DNA of 64,000 bases from Octopus sinensis (Eukaryota). A program made the translations under genes and the position numbers. The notes under the pieces were generated by a model. That model worked only from the letters and a program-made list of their open reading frames with translations, did not search any database and was not told where the DNA came from. The stretch lies in NCBI RefSeq assembly GCF_006345805.1, contig NC_043021.1, forward strand, positions 4,154,001 to 4,218,000. The letters are read 5' to 3'. Positions 12,387 through 26,656 of this stretch are shown here, piece by piece (position 1 is the stretch's first letter; each line of letters begins with the position of its first letter).

Positions 12387-13242
12387 AGAGTATACATAGT
12401 ATACAATAGTAAAAAAAAATTATTATTATTAATAATAATAATAATAAATCAAGAATGGTTATGGGTTTGAACGATGCCTTCTTCACGGGTCTGCTCAATT
12501 ACAGCTGACCTAAGGCTAAGCAACAATAACACACACAAACATAAACACAGAAGAATGAATCTTTACAGCGACAGCAAATGAAACTAGACACAGTTTACAA
12601 TGTCTGGATGAGTCACCAGCTTTTATCTCACGACTATACAAGACTTCAAAAACAACAGTTCCAGATTTCACTGACATCTATATAATACAGGTACAACATC
12701 AATTTTCCAGAATCTTTGGTTCCAAAGGATTTCTGAATTAGTGGGGTTTTTTTCCGAACCAGGGGTGATCACCAATCTCAACACACTTTGAATCAAACAA
12801 ATATTTAATGTACTTATAGATGCAGATGTGGTTGTGTGATAAGAACACTATTTCATAGCCAGATGGTTCCGGGTTCATTGTAACTGTACGGCACCTTGGG
12901 CAAGTGTCTTCTACTATAGCTTTGGGCTAACCAAAGCTTTGTGAATGGATTTGGTAGACTCAATCTGAAAGAAGCCTGTTATATATATATATATAGATAT
13001 AGATAGATAGATACATACATACATAGAAAGATAGATAGATATAGATAACCTGTTTTATATATAGACAGATAGACAGAAACAGGTGCAGACGTGGCTGCGT
13101 GGTAAGAAGCTTGCTTCGCAACCTCATGGTTCTAGGTTCAGTCCCCCATGTTGCACCTTGGCAAGTGTCTTCTACTATAGCCTTGGGCTGACCAAAGCCT
13201 TGTGAGTGAATTTTGTAGATAGAAACTAAAAGAAGCCCATCA

Positions 13243-13289
<47 letters not shown>

Positions 13290-15007
13290 TCATCATCGTT
13301 TACGTTCATTTCCCATGCTGGCATGGGTTGGATGGTTCAACTGGGGCCTGGGAAGCCAGGAGGCTACACCAGGCCCCAGTCTGATCTCACACTGCTTCTA
13401 CAGCTGAATGCCCTTCCTATCGCCAACCACTCAGAGAGTGTAGTGGGTGTTTTTTACGTGCCACCAGCACAATGGGCCAGAGGAGCTGACATCGACCACA
13501 ATCGGATGGTGCTTTTTACGTGCCACCAACATGGAAACCAGTGAAGGCGGCACTTGCACCAGCCATGTTCAGATGGTGCTTTTTACATGCTACCGGCACA
13601 GGGATCACAACTTCATTGCCGTCATTACCGTTAGCATTTGGTGCACCTATAATCAGTAACAGACTTTCTCTTTGTTTTTTTTACACTTCCATATAAGGCT
13701 GTCTGATGTTGTAACATTGAATTTCTTTCATTACATGCACGGTCACCAGCAATGGGGGAGATGGTGTTGGTTGTTGTATTATATTCAAGACAGCATTGAA
13801 CTCCAGTAAATAGGAGTGAAAATAAGGCTTGGCCAACTAAATCAGAAACTGACCCAGAACCAAACAAACCAGTTAGAGAAAGGGAAGTGTTTGGGGGGAG
13901 CAGGGCTCCTATTCTTTTAAATGTTACTAATGAGATGACATTAGTTGATGAAAGGACACAAAAATGGTAATTAAGAAAAAAAAAAGAAAAAAAAAGAACA
14001 AAAAAAAAAGATAAGAAATTAATTGCTTCTGAATAAGTATTGGGAGGTGCTAAGTTTTCTTTGCAACGATGGTTTTGGAGTTCCATCCCAATGCATGGCA
14101 CCTTGAAAAAGTGTTTTTAATGAGAAGATTGCATTGTCCAGATGACTTCTTCTAAGTGAAATTTGGTAAGCAAAAATTAGAGGGAAACTTGTCATGTATG
14201 TGTGTGCAGCCCTTCTCTCTCTCTTTCTCTCTCTCTCTCTACACACACACGAACACATACATACATACACACATATATATATACACACTCACATCAAATT
14301 AAATACACAACCAAAAGAGTTACTAATAGTTTCATGTTATTATTTCACTTGAACAGGCATAGAAAAGATACATGTTCAAGTGACATAACAACATGAAACT
14401 ATTCATAGTCACTCCCTCTCTCTCTCTTTCTCACAGGGTAACCATGTACCTCCTCTATATCAAGACACCTATTTCTGCCTCCCTATTTTTCTGTCACACT
14501 CTTACCTCTCATCATCTGATACTGGATCACCTCCTCCAATACCTACCGCAATTATAGCCAGACACCTGTTTCTGCCTCTCTGTTATTCTCTAACCTTACA
14601 TCCTCTGACATGAATTCCCCTTCTCAAATGTCTCTGCCCTCTCATAATTCCTTGTCTTGTGAGCTACTTGGTGCCCCTGTCAGTGCTGGTGCCATGTAAA
14701 AAGCATCCAGTCCACACTATAAAGTGGTTGGCGTTTGGAAGGGCATGCCAAAACTAACCTTGCCTGTACTAGTGCCACTCTGCAGAGTGTTTGTGTTAGG
14801 AAGGGCATCCACCCCCAAAAAACCCTGCCAAAACAGATAATAGCATAGGGTAGATTTTTCTACCTGGCCAGCTCCTGTGAGCTGTCCTACCAATGCATGC
14901 ATGGAAGATGGACTTTAAGCGATGATGATATATATATACACACACACACACACATTCTGTAAAAAAATTCCCATTCTCTCGAAAGTTTATAAATTCTTAA
15001 GATGTCA

Positions 15008-15048
<41 letters not shown>

Positions 15049-15453
15049 GGCGCAGGAGTGGCTGTGTGGTAAGTAGCTTGCTAACCAACCACATGGGTTC
15101 AGTCCCACTGCGTGGCATCTTGGGCAAGTGTCTTCTGCTATAGCCCCAGGCCGACCAATGCCTTGTGAGTGGATTTGGTAGACGGAAACTGAAAGAAGCC
15201 TGTCGTATATATGTATGTATATATGTGTATGTGTGTGTGTGTGTTTGTGTGTCTGTGTTTGTCCCCATAGCATTGCTTGACAACCGATGCTGGTGTGTTT
15301 ACGTTCCCGTCACCTAGCGGTTCGGCAAAAGAGACCGATAGAATAAGTACTGGGCTTACAAAGAATAAGTCCCGGGGTCGACTTGCTCGACTAAAGGCGG
15401 TGCTCCAGCATGGCCACAGTCAAATGACTGAAACAAGTGAAAGAGAGTAAAAG
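15049..15453 (+). mobile_element. SINE-A, full-length type copy (tRNA-like head, CORE-like cttgggcaagt segment, internal TA/TG microsatellite, conserved 3' body)
   Basis: ggcgcaggagtggctgtgtggtaag...ggttcagtccc (A/B-box-like), repeated more than 20 times in the window. Confidence 0.9.
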
Positions 15454-16934
15454 ATATATATATATATATATATATTTGTAGTGCAGTATATGGCTTCATG
15501 GAATCCTGTGGCAATCACAGAAAAGCTCCTCTAGCAGACCCAGCTACTGTACCACATCATAATCCAGTATGGAAGACTATAATGCAGAGTTCTATGCTAC
15601 TGAAATCCAGTAGATCCAATCTATAAAATTATTCCATGACATGTATATAGAACATAAAAAGTTAGGAGATATAAGAGGTGAGCATATTTATTCAACCATT
15701 TGATATCCATATTTTACAGCTGTTTCGCAGCCTTCCTCATGTAATAATAATTTCAGTGTACAATAAATTATTTTACATGTCTGCACTAATATGCATGCTA
15801 CGCATTACACAGTACAATTGTATAATTACAAGTCAATGCAAATATAGAAGGCTTGCTCTTCAGATCACCAGAACACCATAGTTACACCAATTCTTCAACT
15901 CTGCAGGTTAGCTGAAAGACGGTGCATTTCAACAGAAATTTGGTAACAAAAGGGCTAATCGTAAAACAAGTGAAGGCTGAGAACAGCAAGGATTTGCAGC
16001 CATAGTATACTGCCTCAGTAGGTCTCATCTAACCCATGCCAACATAGAAACAGTAACATAAAAGTACTGATCATGATAATGAGGATGGTGGTGGTGGTGG
16101 TGGTGGTAGTGGTGGTTTCGATATTAATTCAGTCATTCTTATAGAAATTCTGTCTGCAGATAAATGTAAGCTTTTACTTTGAGCTAAGTAGAAGGATATA
16201 GCAAAACAGGAAGCTATTTAGCACACAATGGTTGATGAAGTCCATGGCTTTCTATTACACACACACACACACAGACCATAATCTAACCTTACCATCATCA
16301 TCATCATCATCATCTTCAGAACTTATTGCAAAAGGATTTTCATCTTCAGAAGTTTTATCACTGCATCTTCGGGAGTAGATGCAGTTGTATAACATCGGTT
16401 GTCATAGCAACTGTCTCCATAGTAAAGAGAAGTTTGCTCAGAGGTAATGTCTTCCAAAGATTTATTTGCAAGATTAACGTAGCTTAACACTCATCCCTAC
16501 CACCCACACTGCTTCACACCCACTCTCCTAGAAAGTTACCATGGGATTGCACCTAGAAAGTTCCCTTCTGAGGCAAAAGCCCAGGCAAGGTTGTTTATGG
16601 AAGCCCAGCAGTCGCCCGTGCATACCAGCCTTTCCTCTAAATGACACCAAGGGAAAGGCAAAGGCTGATACAGCTTGGCACCAGTGATGTGTCATAATTC
16701 ATTTCTACAGATGTGTGAACTGAAGCAACATGAAATAAAATGTCTTGCTCAAGAACACAACACACAGCCTGGTCCAAGAATCAACCTCACTACCACATGA
16801 CTGTGAGCTCAACACTCAAACCACTGAGCCATGTGCCTTTACATTTGTTAAAATCTAATGTGCAATAAATTGGTTATGTTTCTAAAATACACAAAATATT
16901 TTAACAATTATTTTTTATACAATTCCTTGTAATA

Positions 16935-17335
16935 GGTGCAGGAGTGGCTGTGTGACAAGTAGCTTGCTAACCAGCCACATGGTTCTGGGTTCAGTCCCAC
17001 TGCGTGGCATCTTGGGCAAGTGTCTTCTGCTATAGCCCCAGGCCGACCAATGACTTGTGAGTGGATTTGGTAGATGGAAACTGAAAGAAGCCTGTCGTAT
17101 ATATGTATATATGTATGTGTGTGTTTGTGTGTCTGTGTTTGTCCCCCTAGCATTGCTTGACAACCGATGCTGGTGTGTTTACGTCCCTGTCACTTAGCGG
17201 TTCGGCAAAAGAGACCGATAGAATAAGTACTGGGCTTACAAAGAATAAGTCCCAGGGTCGATTAGCTCGACTAAAGGCGGTGCTCCAGCATGGCCGCAGT
17301 CAAATGACTGAAACAAGTAAAAGAGTAAAAAGAGT
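16935..17335 (+). mobile_element. SINE-A copy
   Basis: Colinear with 15049-15453. Confidence 0.9.
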
Positions 17336-17596
17336 AATATTTAATTATAAAAGTATAATAGGATCTTTTAAAACATCAATTGGCTACGAGGGTCCACTAG
17401 AGTAAAATAGCAATCAAAGGAATCCATAGGTAAAAAAATGGTTAAGAACCACTGCTTTATATTAACACAGAATGTATGAAAGAAGAACTAAAAGTCTGAA
17501 AATAAGAATGGACATTCTGCGTCCCCAAAATCCATCCCCTCCTCACCGTGGTGGGGACGCTGGCAACAGGTAGTGTCAGAGCTATGCCGTCGGGAA

Positions 17597-17786
17597 CTTT
17601 GGTTCCTGGTAGAGCCACCCAAGGCCGATTGATCTGACACCGAGTGGTATTAGGGCCACAATCCGGCAGACGGGGCTCTGGTGAAAATTCTCTTTGGTTC
17701 CTGGTAGGGCCACCCAAGGCAGATTGGACTGACACCGAGTGGTATTAGGGCCACAATCCGGCAGACAGGGCTCTGGTGAAAATTCT
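17597..17786. repeat. 95-bp tandem duplication within an unclassified GC-rich island (~17500-18020)
   Basis: ctttggttcctggtag(a/g)gccaccc...gaaaattct at 17597 and 17692. Confidence 0.85.
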
Positions 17787-18215
17787 CAGAGTGTCTGTTT
17801 TGGCAACTGGTGGCTCCTCGGTCGTTCTGTCCCTGCATCTGCGGACAATCTGCGGCAAACAGGATGTCTCTACATGCGGGATTGTTGGGGACCGCTTGTG
17901 AAATTCATATTCCCCACGAAACTTCTTCCACTGCCATGGTTCGAGATGCCTCGAGGGTGGCGGAAGAAGCTGACTCAACCCACCCAGGGTGAATGTCACC
18001 ACAAGTACAAGTAAGTAAGACATTTAAGATAATCTTATAAACAGGCTTTGGGCAGGCAAAGTTTTTAAAACTGTTATGGCTGTGGTTAATCAGCTATAGA
18101 TAAAAAAACATAAAGAGTACCTAGCCAGTTTGCTTAGCAACAACAACTCAGAAAACATATGTTGAAATGAAAGGTAATTCATAAATGGTTTGTAATGCGA
18201 CTCTTTTCTCTCTCA

Positions 18216-18263
<48 letters not shown>

Positions 18264-18988
18264 TGCACTCATGAGCAAATATAGACAAAATTAACCATGA
18301 TTGGAGCAGCAAGATTGCAGATAACATCAAAATAATGATTCATTAATAAATATAAATACAACAACAGCAACAACAACAATGAATGAAATGTGATTTTTTT
18401 TCTCTTTTGGTTCTGTTATTGTTTAAAATATAATTTTCTTCTTTTTTTTTTTATTAAAGTATTTTGACTAATTAGTCGTGATCATTAGCTCTAAAATGAG
18501 TGTGATAAACTAAATAACGAGGAATAACCATTGCAGCGAAAGGAGGGAACTTGATACAAAGAGGAGCCTTGAAGTTCGGCAAATTGAAGTTTTCATGAAT
18601 GCAATACGTGAGTGTAGTTATCATGCATGCGTGTGTGTCTATGCATGTGCCCATGTGCATCTCTCTCTCTCTCACACACAATATATAGGTGATAGAATAA
18701 ACAGGAGAATTCATTTATCTTTTTATAACATCATAAACTACATACACACACATATACATAGATATACATACACACACACACACATATGTGTATATACATG
18801 CATACATACACATATATACATATATATACATACATACACATAAATATACATTCATATATATACATACATTATATAAATATATACACACATATATACATAC
18901 ACATATATATTATATATACAGATATATACGTTCACATACACAAAGACTGTTATATATTTAAACACAAAACACAGCATATATATATATA

Positions 18989-19035
<47 letters not shown>

Positions 19036-20656
19036 ACACATATATATTGTATTTCGGATTGGTCAATTGCCAGTTTAGCCAGTAAATATGTAAATATATA
19101 TATATATATTATATATATATATATATATAAACATACATACACAAGCACATATACATACAAATGCACACATACATAGATTGTGTTTGTGTGAGAGAGAGAG
19201 AATAATTATATATATATATATATGTATATATATATACACATATATATATCAGAACAGAAGTGGAATGATGCTATATTAGAGATTGTAGTCATTGCTTGCT
19301 TATCTTTTGTTTATTGACCAATATACCTGTCTTCAGGAAACCAACAATTTGAACACTTAAATAGAAAGTTATTAATGTCAACAGGTGATGGATATGTTTT
19401 CTATCAGTAAAATCAAACAGCAGTTAGCTTTTTGTACAAGGGTCGTCCACTCAGAAACAGATGCTATGTTTTAATGTCAGAGACTGGAATTCACATACTA
19501 CAAGTGGTAAAGCACCAGACTTATTCCTTTAAGGCAGTGGGCTCTCAATCTTTTTTGCTGTGGCCAACTTTGCCTTTCATCTGTTTGGGGTCAATTTTGC
19601 CTTTCATCCTTTCAGGGTCAATTTTACTTTTCATCCTTTTGGGGTTGATAAAATTAGTACCGGTTAAGTACTGGAGTAAATAAATTAGTATCAGTTGAGT
19701 ATTGGGGGGATCAATGTAATCAACTATCCCCTCCCCCAAATTTCAGGCCTCATACTTACAGTAGAAAGGATTATTATCATTATTAATATTATTTAAAATG
19801 ATCTAAAACCGCTTGATATGGCCCCATATGCAACTTAGTTTCACAGGCTTCTTACAGAACCCTAGCTCATCAGACTGAGTAAACCGGATATATGTATGTA
19901 CCTGTCTTTATGTTTGTTCCCCCCCACCACTTGACAACCAATATTGGTTTGTTTACATCTCTAAAATTTAGAGGTCCAATAAAAGAGACCCATAGAATAA
20001 GTAACTAACTTAAAAAAAAACACTAAGTAGACTGGGGTTGATTTGTTCAATTAAGGCAGTGATTTGTTCAATTCGAGGCAGTGCCCCAGCAAGGCCGCAG
20101 TCCAATGACTGAAATATGTAGAAGATAAAAACCTTCACTGTCACATCCTACACTACCATAAAGCCCCAGGTTCCTTTTTGCCAGCCAATTCCCATCTGCT
20201 GAATGGTAGAATACCCCTATGCCCTTCATCTTATTCTCGCTATGTTTTGTCTTATGGTTATTGACATCAATAATCAAAACATAGACACTATTTTCAGACT
20301 GAAGGTTTCTTGGATAACTAATTCTAACTAATGTTACCTAGGCAACCAAATCCCACCTCTCTCTACAAATACACAAGCACATGCAATCTTCTTTGTGATT
20401 GCCTACACATTTTGCTGATTACTTTATTACACCCTGCTTTTTACTCATTTCAGCCATGTGGCTGTGGCCATGCTGGAATGAATATATATATATATATATG
20501 TATGTATGTATATAAAATCGCTATTTAGCAGAAGTAACAGAGTGACACAAAGGTCGAGAATTTTATGCATTGTTAACACTTATCAAACTTTGATAAGTGC
20601 TAATGCATGAAACTCTCAGACCTTGTGTCACTCTGTTGCTTCTGCTTAATGATAAT

Positions 20657-20690
<34 letters not shown>

Positions 20691-20709
20691 TTCTTTCTCT
20701 CTATTTCTT

Positions 20710-20749
<40 letters not shown>

Positions 20750-20803
20750 CAGTGTTCTCTTTCTTCCCATTATTTCACTTCCTCTTTTTCTCCCTTTTCC
20801 TTT

Positions 20804-20890
<87 letters not shown>

Positions 20891-20971
20891 CATACACACA
20901 CACGCATATATATATAGGGTTAGTGATGGAACACGAAAATAGAACTATATATATACGTATATGTATATATA

Positions 20972-21010
<39 letters not shown>

Positions 21011-21012
21011 TG

Positions 21013-21046
<34 letters not shown>

Positions 21047-21098
21047 TATATATATAGATATATATATATATATATATATATCTATATATATATATATA

Positions 21099-21183
<85 letters not shown>

Positions 21184-21239
21184 AGAAAAGGAATAGGGAG
21201 AAAAAGAGGAAGTGAAATAATGGGAAGAAAGAGAACACT

Positions 21240-21278
<39 letters not shown>

Positions 21279-23909
21279 AAGAGAAGAGAGAGATGGAGAC
21301 AGAGAGAGTGATAGAAAGGGAGACAGATAGAGAGAGAAAGTTGTCGACAAAGAAAAAGAGAAAGTGGGAGCACGAATAAGACTGTATAAAGAGAAAAGAA
21401 GAAAGGGTGGAGAGGGAGAGGAAGGAGAGGGGGGGTTTCTCCTCTTTTCAAGTGAACAGTGTTCATAATTTGCAAGTCAAGTGGTATCAGTTAATATAAT
21501 AATGAAGCATGAATTATCACATCAACAGAGCATTACGCCCAGAATCAATAGCCGTCCATCATCAATATACGCATGGGAGTGAAGGCTTTGGTTCAATCTC
21601 AATATCTAAGGTATAAATGTTGTTGCCAAAATAAGTTAATAACTATTTTGCAAACCAAAGTTCCTGATGGTTGCTTTTTTTTTTTGTTTAGGAAACCTTG
21701 TGAGACTTTGTCTCCAGAGAGCTGTTCCTCCAAGGGCCAATAATATGAGCAGCTCTCAGCAAGAGCCCTCATTGTAGCTTCAAATTCTGGGTTACACAAT
21801 CACTGAGCTCTGTTGGTGAAACCACATCATCATCATCATCTTTCAATGTCTGTTCTCCATGCTGGCATGCATTGGACAGTTTGACAGGAGTTGACCAGCT
21901 TGAGGGCTGCCTGAGCTCCATTTGTCTGTTTTTGGTTTGGTTTCTACCACTGGATGCCCTTCCTAATGCCAACCACTTTACAGAGTGTACTGGGTGCTTT
22001 TTATGTGGCACCAGCATGGGTACCTTTATGTGGAACCAGCATGGACACCAGCACAAAGCTTGAACTGCATCTCAAAGACTAGATCTTCTGTTCATGGCTA
22101 CAAAATATTGCAGCCCACAACAACAAGGCTCAAGTGAGGACCACTAACAAGCACTATTCCTACATCTAAGACATTGTTGCTGCAATGCACTCAGTCATCA
22201 TAGGTGACATCCAGTTTTTCTCTGATTCCACCAGTTCACCACTTCAGACTGCTACGTTATCAACTCTAGAAGGATGAATGGCAAACGTTGATCTTGGCAG
22301 AATTTCAACTCAGAACACTAAAAGCCATAATAAATACTACACAGCATTTCATCTGATGTTCTGACAACCCCTACTAATTTGATGTAAGAAACAGCAACTG
22401 AATCTTTCTCAAATCAAAGTCTACTGTCTTACAAGAAATAAAGAGGATTCATTGATCCTGGGTATATAAGGTGGCAAGCTGGCAGAATCATTACCACACC
22501 AGGAAAAATGCTTTGTGGCTTTTTGTCCATCTTTCCATGCTGAGTTCAAATGCCACTGAGGTTGAATTTACCTTTCATCCCCTCAGAGTCGGTAAAATAA
22601 GAACCAGCTGAACACCAGAGTCAATGTAAATGACTTACCCAATTCCTCAAAATTTCTGGCCTTGTGCCAAAAATTTGAAAACAATATCATCCTGTGTGCC
22701 ATAATGCCTGGGGCAAAAGACAGGATGGAATGTCTCTAATTGTTAATTTGCACAAACTCAGGGTTGGGCTGACCTGTAATTAAATACCACCATCATATCA
22801 TTTTTTTATCATTTTATCTAGTTTCAGCTCACGAGCTGTGGCCATGCTGGGGCACCACCGTCATCTACCTCTTTCTTAACAAGACAGGGCAAAACATCTG
22901 TATGAACCACGTAGAAATTAACTTGATGTAACAGTATCTAAGATATGTATTTATCGAACAGTAAACCTAATCATCAACTGGTGAACTGGCTTAGGACCCC
23001 AGCAGCTACTGGCCACCACATAAAAGCTATTTTCGATTGGTGGTGATGGATTTACCAATTCAAAATCTGCCAAATAGCGCCAGTGATGACTATTACAACT
23101 AGCTCATTACTTGAAATTGCACTTGTCAACAACTTACAATGAAACAGCTATTAAAATATTGAAGAAAAAGGAAATAATAATAATAATAATAATAATGATG
23201 ATGATGATAAATAATAATAATAATAATAATATAAATTTGGACAGAGTTATTTCATGCAGAACAGATATGTCGATGTCAGTTGCTTTGGAGTGACATGAAA
23301 AGCAGTCTATAAATTGGAAAATGCAACTTGCACACAGACAGAAATTGGGCATACACACACACACACACACATACATACATACACACATATACACAAACAT
23401 AAATTGAGCAAACACCCATACATAAACTGCACATATACATACACAGACATATATAGTGTATATACACAGACACATTTATGAATTGTGCATACACACAAAT
23501 ATGCACGCTATTTCATTTGCAGAAAAAGGATTTGCTTCTTTTTTGTGTCCTCCCATTTTCTGACTGAAATGATCGGATCAATGAAATTAACTGGCTTTAA
23601 AGATAAACCACTGAACCTATTAAACATCTAAGATGGTGCCATACCACTAGGTGTTTATTGGACAAAAGGGGTCATTTGAATGGAAGCAGACACTGAATCA
23701 GTGTCATCATCATCATCGTTTAACGTCCGCTTTCCATGCTAGCATGGGTTGGACGGTTCAACTGGGGTCTGGGAAGCCAGAAGGCTGCACCAGGCCCAGT
23801 CTGATCTGGCAGTGTTTCTACAGCTGGATGCCCTTCCTAACGCCAACCACTCCGAGAGTGTAGTGGGTGCTTTTTACATGCCACCTGTACAGGGGCCAGA
23901 CGAGGCTGG

Positions 23910-23946
<37 letters not shown>

Positions 23947-23962
23947 ATATATATAAATGTAT

Positions 23963-23993
<31 letters not shown>

Positions 23994-24004
23994 ATATATA
24001 TATA

Positions 24005-24365
24005 TTCTTTTACTTGTTTCAGACATTTGACCGGCCATGCTGGAGCACCACCTTAAGGGGTTTTTTTAATCAAAGAAATCAAACCCAGAGCTTATTCTTT
24101 TCCATGCCTAGTACTTATCCTATAGTTCTCTTTTTCCAAACCGCTAAGTTACAGGGACATAAACACACCTCCATCACTTGTCAAGTGGTGATGGCAGTGG
24201 GGGAGAAGCACACAAACACACACATGTATACAACAGGTTTCTTTCAGTTTCCTTTGACCAAATCTACTCAAAAGGCTTTGGTCAGCCCAAGGCTATAGAA
24301 AAAGAGATTTGCCCAAGGTGCCACGCAGTGAGATTGAACATGGAACCATGTGGTTGGGAAGCAAG
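24005..24365 (-). mobile_element. SINE-A copy (diverged)
   Basis: Reverse complement of head and body. Confidence 0.8.
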
Positions 24366-25428
24366 CCATGACTGCACTTATGTAGTGCCAAATGGTATAT
24401 TCCTGGTTATGGCACATAACTGGTTACCATTGGTTTTTGCGCATCTGCTATTGCGTTTGGCAGTATTGATGAATGAGACATGCGAGCTGGAAACATATAG
24501 CCTCTGTAATGCTGAAGGTAAATATACAGTCTTGGTCAGCTTGGTGCTGTTTAATTATTAACTAATTGATTGCTTGATTAATGGTTCAGTTAATCAAACA
24601 ATCAGTTCTGTCAAAGTCATTTGTTACCATCTGCACCCACCTCATCAATGACGCAGTTTCTGTTCTAGGTTTGTCTGCCTGTCCTGAAGCTAGTTAATGG
24701 GTTAAGTAAGTTAATCAACGGAAAAATAAATAGTAAAGAAGTGAAATAGAACCAGTGTGTGTATCAATTATTGGCAAGATGATCCTTCTGAGATACAACA
24801 ATCATGTGTTTTCAAATTTAGGTTCAAGTCCAGCAATTTCAGGGAAGTGGGTAAGTTGATTACATCAACCCCATTGATCATTATTTTATCAACCTTGAAA
24901 GGATGAAAGGCTGAGTGTACCTCAGCAGAATTTGAACCCAGAGTGTAAAATGGCCAAAATGCCACTAAGCATTTTGTCTGGCATGCTAATTTTTCTCCTG
25001 CATTACTTATGTCATATCCATTTGATTCGGATACATAATCATCACTCATTTTTACTTTCTTCTTTTCTATGTTGGCATGGGTTAGACAAAACTTCTTAAG
25101 ATGGAATTCTATGGCTAGATATCATTCTTGGCGCTAAACAATATATATTTTGAAGTAAGGTACGTTATTTCAATGGTCTCCATGTCAAACAGCAGTCGGA
25201 TATTTCTTTTGTGAAAGATATAAAAATAGGATCAGGTAGGGCTGTGTGAAAAGAAGCTGGCTGCCCCAAAAATAATATAGCAACGTCATCAGACCTTGAA
25301 CAACCATAACCCTGTCATCACTGCAATTGGATATGTCAATTTCCCATCGGGCCTTATCAGCCCCGAATGAGCGTGTAGACAATATGGACAACAGCCTTCC
25401 TAATGTTCATCAGTGAAGTGATGCCAAG

Positions 25429-25490
<62 letters not shown>

Positions 25491-25559
25491 CACACACACA
25501 CACACATATACATGTATATATATCTATATGTATATCATGTATATATGCATGTATATATA

Positions 25560-26405
25560 ATCAAATTCAATACAAAGAAAACGGTTTCCTTTATAGGGAT
25601 GGAAAACATCCAATTTCTTCATTTTTTCAATAAATACCCAATATGGCAACTCAAAAGGGTATATATTCAATATACAAAAATTATAATTTATTAACATAAA
25701 ATTATATTACAATAATAATATAATACAATGAATAGAAATAAAAATATCAATCCTACAAATCGTTTCGATTCATATCCAAAGATGAATTTATAAAATTCAG
25801 ATTTATGCGTACGAATCTCATCAGAAATATTTGACAAAATTAAACAAAATTACATGTAAAGATTGTTAAATCCAGTCGTTTTATGAATTAGATCCTGCAT
25901 GTAATTTAAAAGAAATGTCTTTTAAATATATATCATTCTATTTTACTGGCAAAAAAAACACGAGTATTATTACTCAGGTAATATATAAAATAAAATTCAA
26001 TACAAGGTAAAACAGTTTCCTTTATAGGGACAGAAAACATTCAATTTTCCACTGATTTTTCAGTAAATACGCAATACGGCAGAGAAAACCTTTTCAAAAC
26101 TCAAAAGGTTATATGTTCAATATACAAAAATTAAAAGAAAATGGAGATTTATGATTGACATATTTTAAATATAATTTATTAACATAATATTATATTGAAA
26201 GGATAATATAATTTTGTCAAATATTTCTCTAATGAGATTCATATCCATAAATATGAATTTTTTATAAATTCATTATTGGGTATAAATCTAAACAATTTGT
26301 AGTATTTATATTCATTATATTATATTATTATTGTAATATAATATTATGTTAATAAATTATATTTAAAATACCTCAATCATAAATCTCCATTTTCTTTAAT
26401 TTTTG

Positions 26406-26409
<4 letters not shown>
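25560..26409. mobile_element. AT-rich hammerhead-bearing element in direct plus inverted copies (PLE pLTR-like)
   Basis: 25560-25700 is repeated directly at about 25990-26200. Arms 26121-26197 and 26333-26409 are inverted. A decayed HHR copy lies on + at 26229-26301. (TA)n flanks both sides. Confidence 0.6.
25741..25835 (-). ncRNA. Type I hammerhead motif, canonical core, extended helix II
   Basis: Minus strand: AAATATTT CTGATGA GATTC-(41 nt with inner hairpin tgaattt-tat-aaattca)-GAATC GAAA C-GATTT-GTA GGATTGATATTTT. Cleavage triplet GUA. Confidence 0.7.
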
Positions 26410-26442
<33 letters not shown>

Positions 26443-26443
26443 A

Positions 26444-26487
<44 letters not shown>

Positions 26488-26656
26488 AAATATGAATCAG
26501 AGATAAAACCACTATTATGCAACTCAAACAGTGATAGACATATACAAATACATAAATAACAAATAACATATATATATATATAATTTTTCTTTTTTTAATA
26601 CATATATATATGCATGTATGTATGTATATGGAAAAAAAGTCAAGGTAGAAAAGGCT

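Noticed and set aside
13631-13930. Non-repetitive minus-strand ORF segment (about 95 aa)
   Set aside because: Two frames are open, splice sites are ambiguous and no motif is recognised.
16293-16395. Minus-strand exon ending SEDENPFAISSEDDDDDDD|gtaagg
   Set aside because: The donor is good but no convincing in-frame acceptor was found, and poly-D derives from a (CAT)n tract. Unresolved; RNA-seq is needed.
23138-23147. 10-nt minus-strand microexon (aatag|CTGTTTCATT|gtaagt)
   Set aside because: Splice signals look good, but it lies beyond the predicted stop exon and I could not place it in a supported chain.
18540-24517. Possible plus-strand exons (ending 18607; 19337-19384; starting about 21693; 24464-24517)
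   Set aside because: Some phase compatibility, but acceptors or donors are weak, there is no recognisable product, and such matches are expected by chance in AT-rich DNA.
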